This document shows, piece after piece, positions 63,647 through 64,000 of a stretch of DNA of 64,000 nt. The first letter of the stretch is position 1. Each line of letters opens with the position of its first letter. The notes below the pieces were generated by a model. The model saw only the letters and a list, made by a program, of their open reading frames with translations. It made no database searches and was not told where the DNA came from. The DNA is from Raillietiella orientalis (taxonomy: Eukaryota). Made by a program: the position numbers and the translations under genes. The stretch spans positions 310,001 to 374,000 of the forward strand of contig JAYWIR010000018.1 of assembly GCA_036172245.1 (NCBI GenBank), read 5' to 3'.

Positions 63647-63745
63647 GGTGCAGCACGCAAAAACTGTGGAGATCCTTCTAAACTCTGTGCGCAGAGCCAA
63701 GGCGTAGCACGCACGGTAACGGGTTTTGAAATTGCATCCTCCAAG

Positions 63746-63755
63746 CCGCCATTTT
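63746..63755. promoter_or_regulatory. YY1/PHO-like motif in the presumed NAA38 promoter/5' region
   Basis: CCGCCATTTT matches the CCGCCATNTT consensus. Confidence 0.35.
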
Positions 63756-64000
63756 GCGGTTGTTTTGTACAATTGTGCATCCGAACTCAAAGTGGACTAC
63801 ACGTCAGCATGCACGAGTACGCACCAACAGGCAAAAAACGGCATCGACAACTTGGATGTACATAGAAATTCCACTCGAAAAACGAATGCATGAAACACGC
63901 AAATTCTTGTCAATAGGTGGATAGATGTTGCTGTTAGTAAAGCATCCGCACGTAAGAGTTTCCCCCTCTCCGTCGAAGGGAATTCGAAACCTGATTGATT

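Noticed and set aside
63521..63790. Small hydrophobic ORF as the SPT small subunit (ssSPT/SPTSSA)
   Set aside because: Lacks the YxLxTxxYMLEPWE motif of the family; kept only as an anonymous uORF.
1..64000. Prokaryotic systems (CRISPR arrays, defence operons, rRNA)
   Set aside because: The sequence is intron-containing animal DNA; no repeat-spacer arrays or rRNA signatures were seen.

Overview
Eukaryotic (metazoan, probably protostome/arthropod-like) genomic DNA with very short (~40-50 nt) spliceosomal introns; the ORF track is mostly spurious here because of the introns and GC-rich shadow ORFs. Recognisable genes, in order: FBXL14/Ppa (3' part, +), an unidentified GC-rich multi-exon gene (+, ~8.4-9.9 kb), Dishevelled (+), ORMDL (-), DLEC1/CFAP81 (+), ATP-citrate lyase (-), a long reticulon gene (-), serine palmitoyltransferase LCB2/SPTLC2 (+), gamma-tubulin complex component GCP6 (+) and NAA38/LSMD1 (-). 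Much of the intergenic and long-intron space appears to be very decayed Ty3/gypsy pol relics, recognised by eye from motif order across frameshifts. Most interesting points: (1) GCP6 has no room for its own promoter or an ordinary AUG. Its conserved N-terminal exon starts 81 nt after the SPTLC2 stop, and the nearest workable AUG overlaps that stop (TAATG), suggesting a bicistronic, stop-start, non-AUG or fusion arrangement. (2) SPTLC2, its regulator ORMDL, a reticulon (head-to-head with SPTLC2) and ACLY are physically clustered. (3) AT-rich, CpG-poor housekeeping genes alternate sharply with extremely GC/CpG-rich domains, and the retroelement relics take on the local composition. All homology calls come from recalled family motifs, not database searches.
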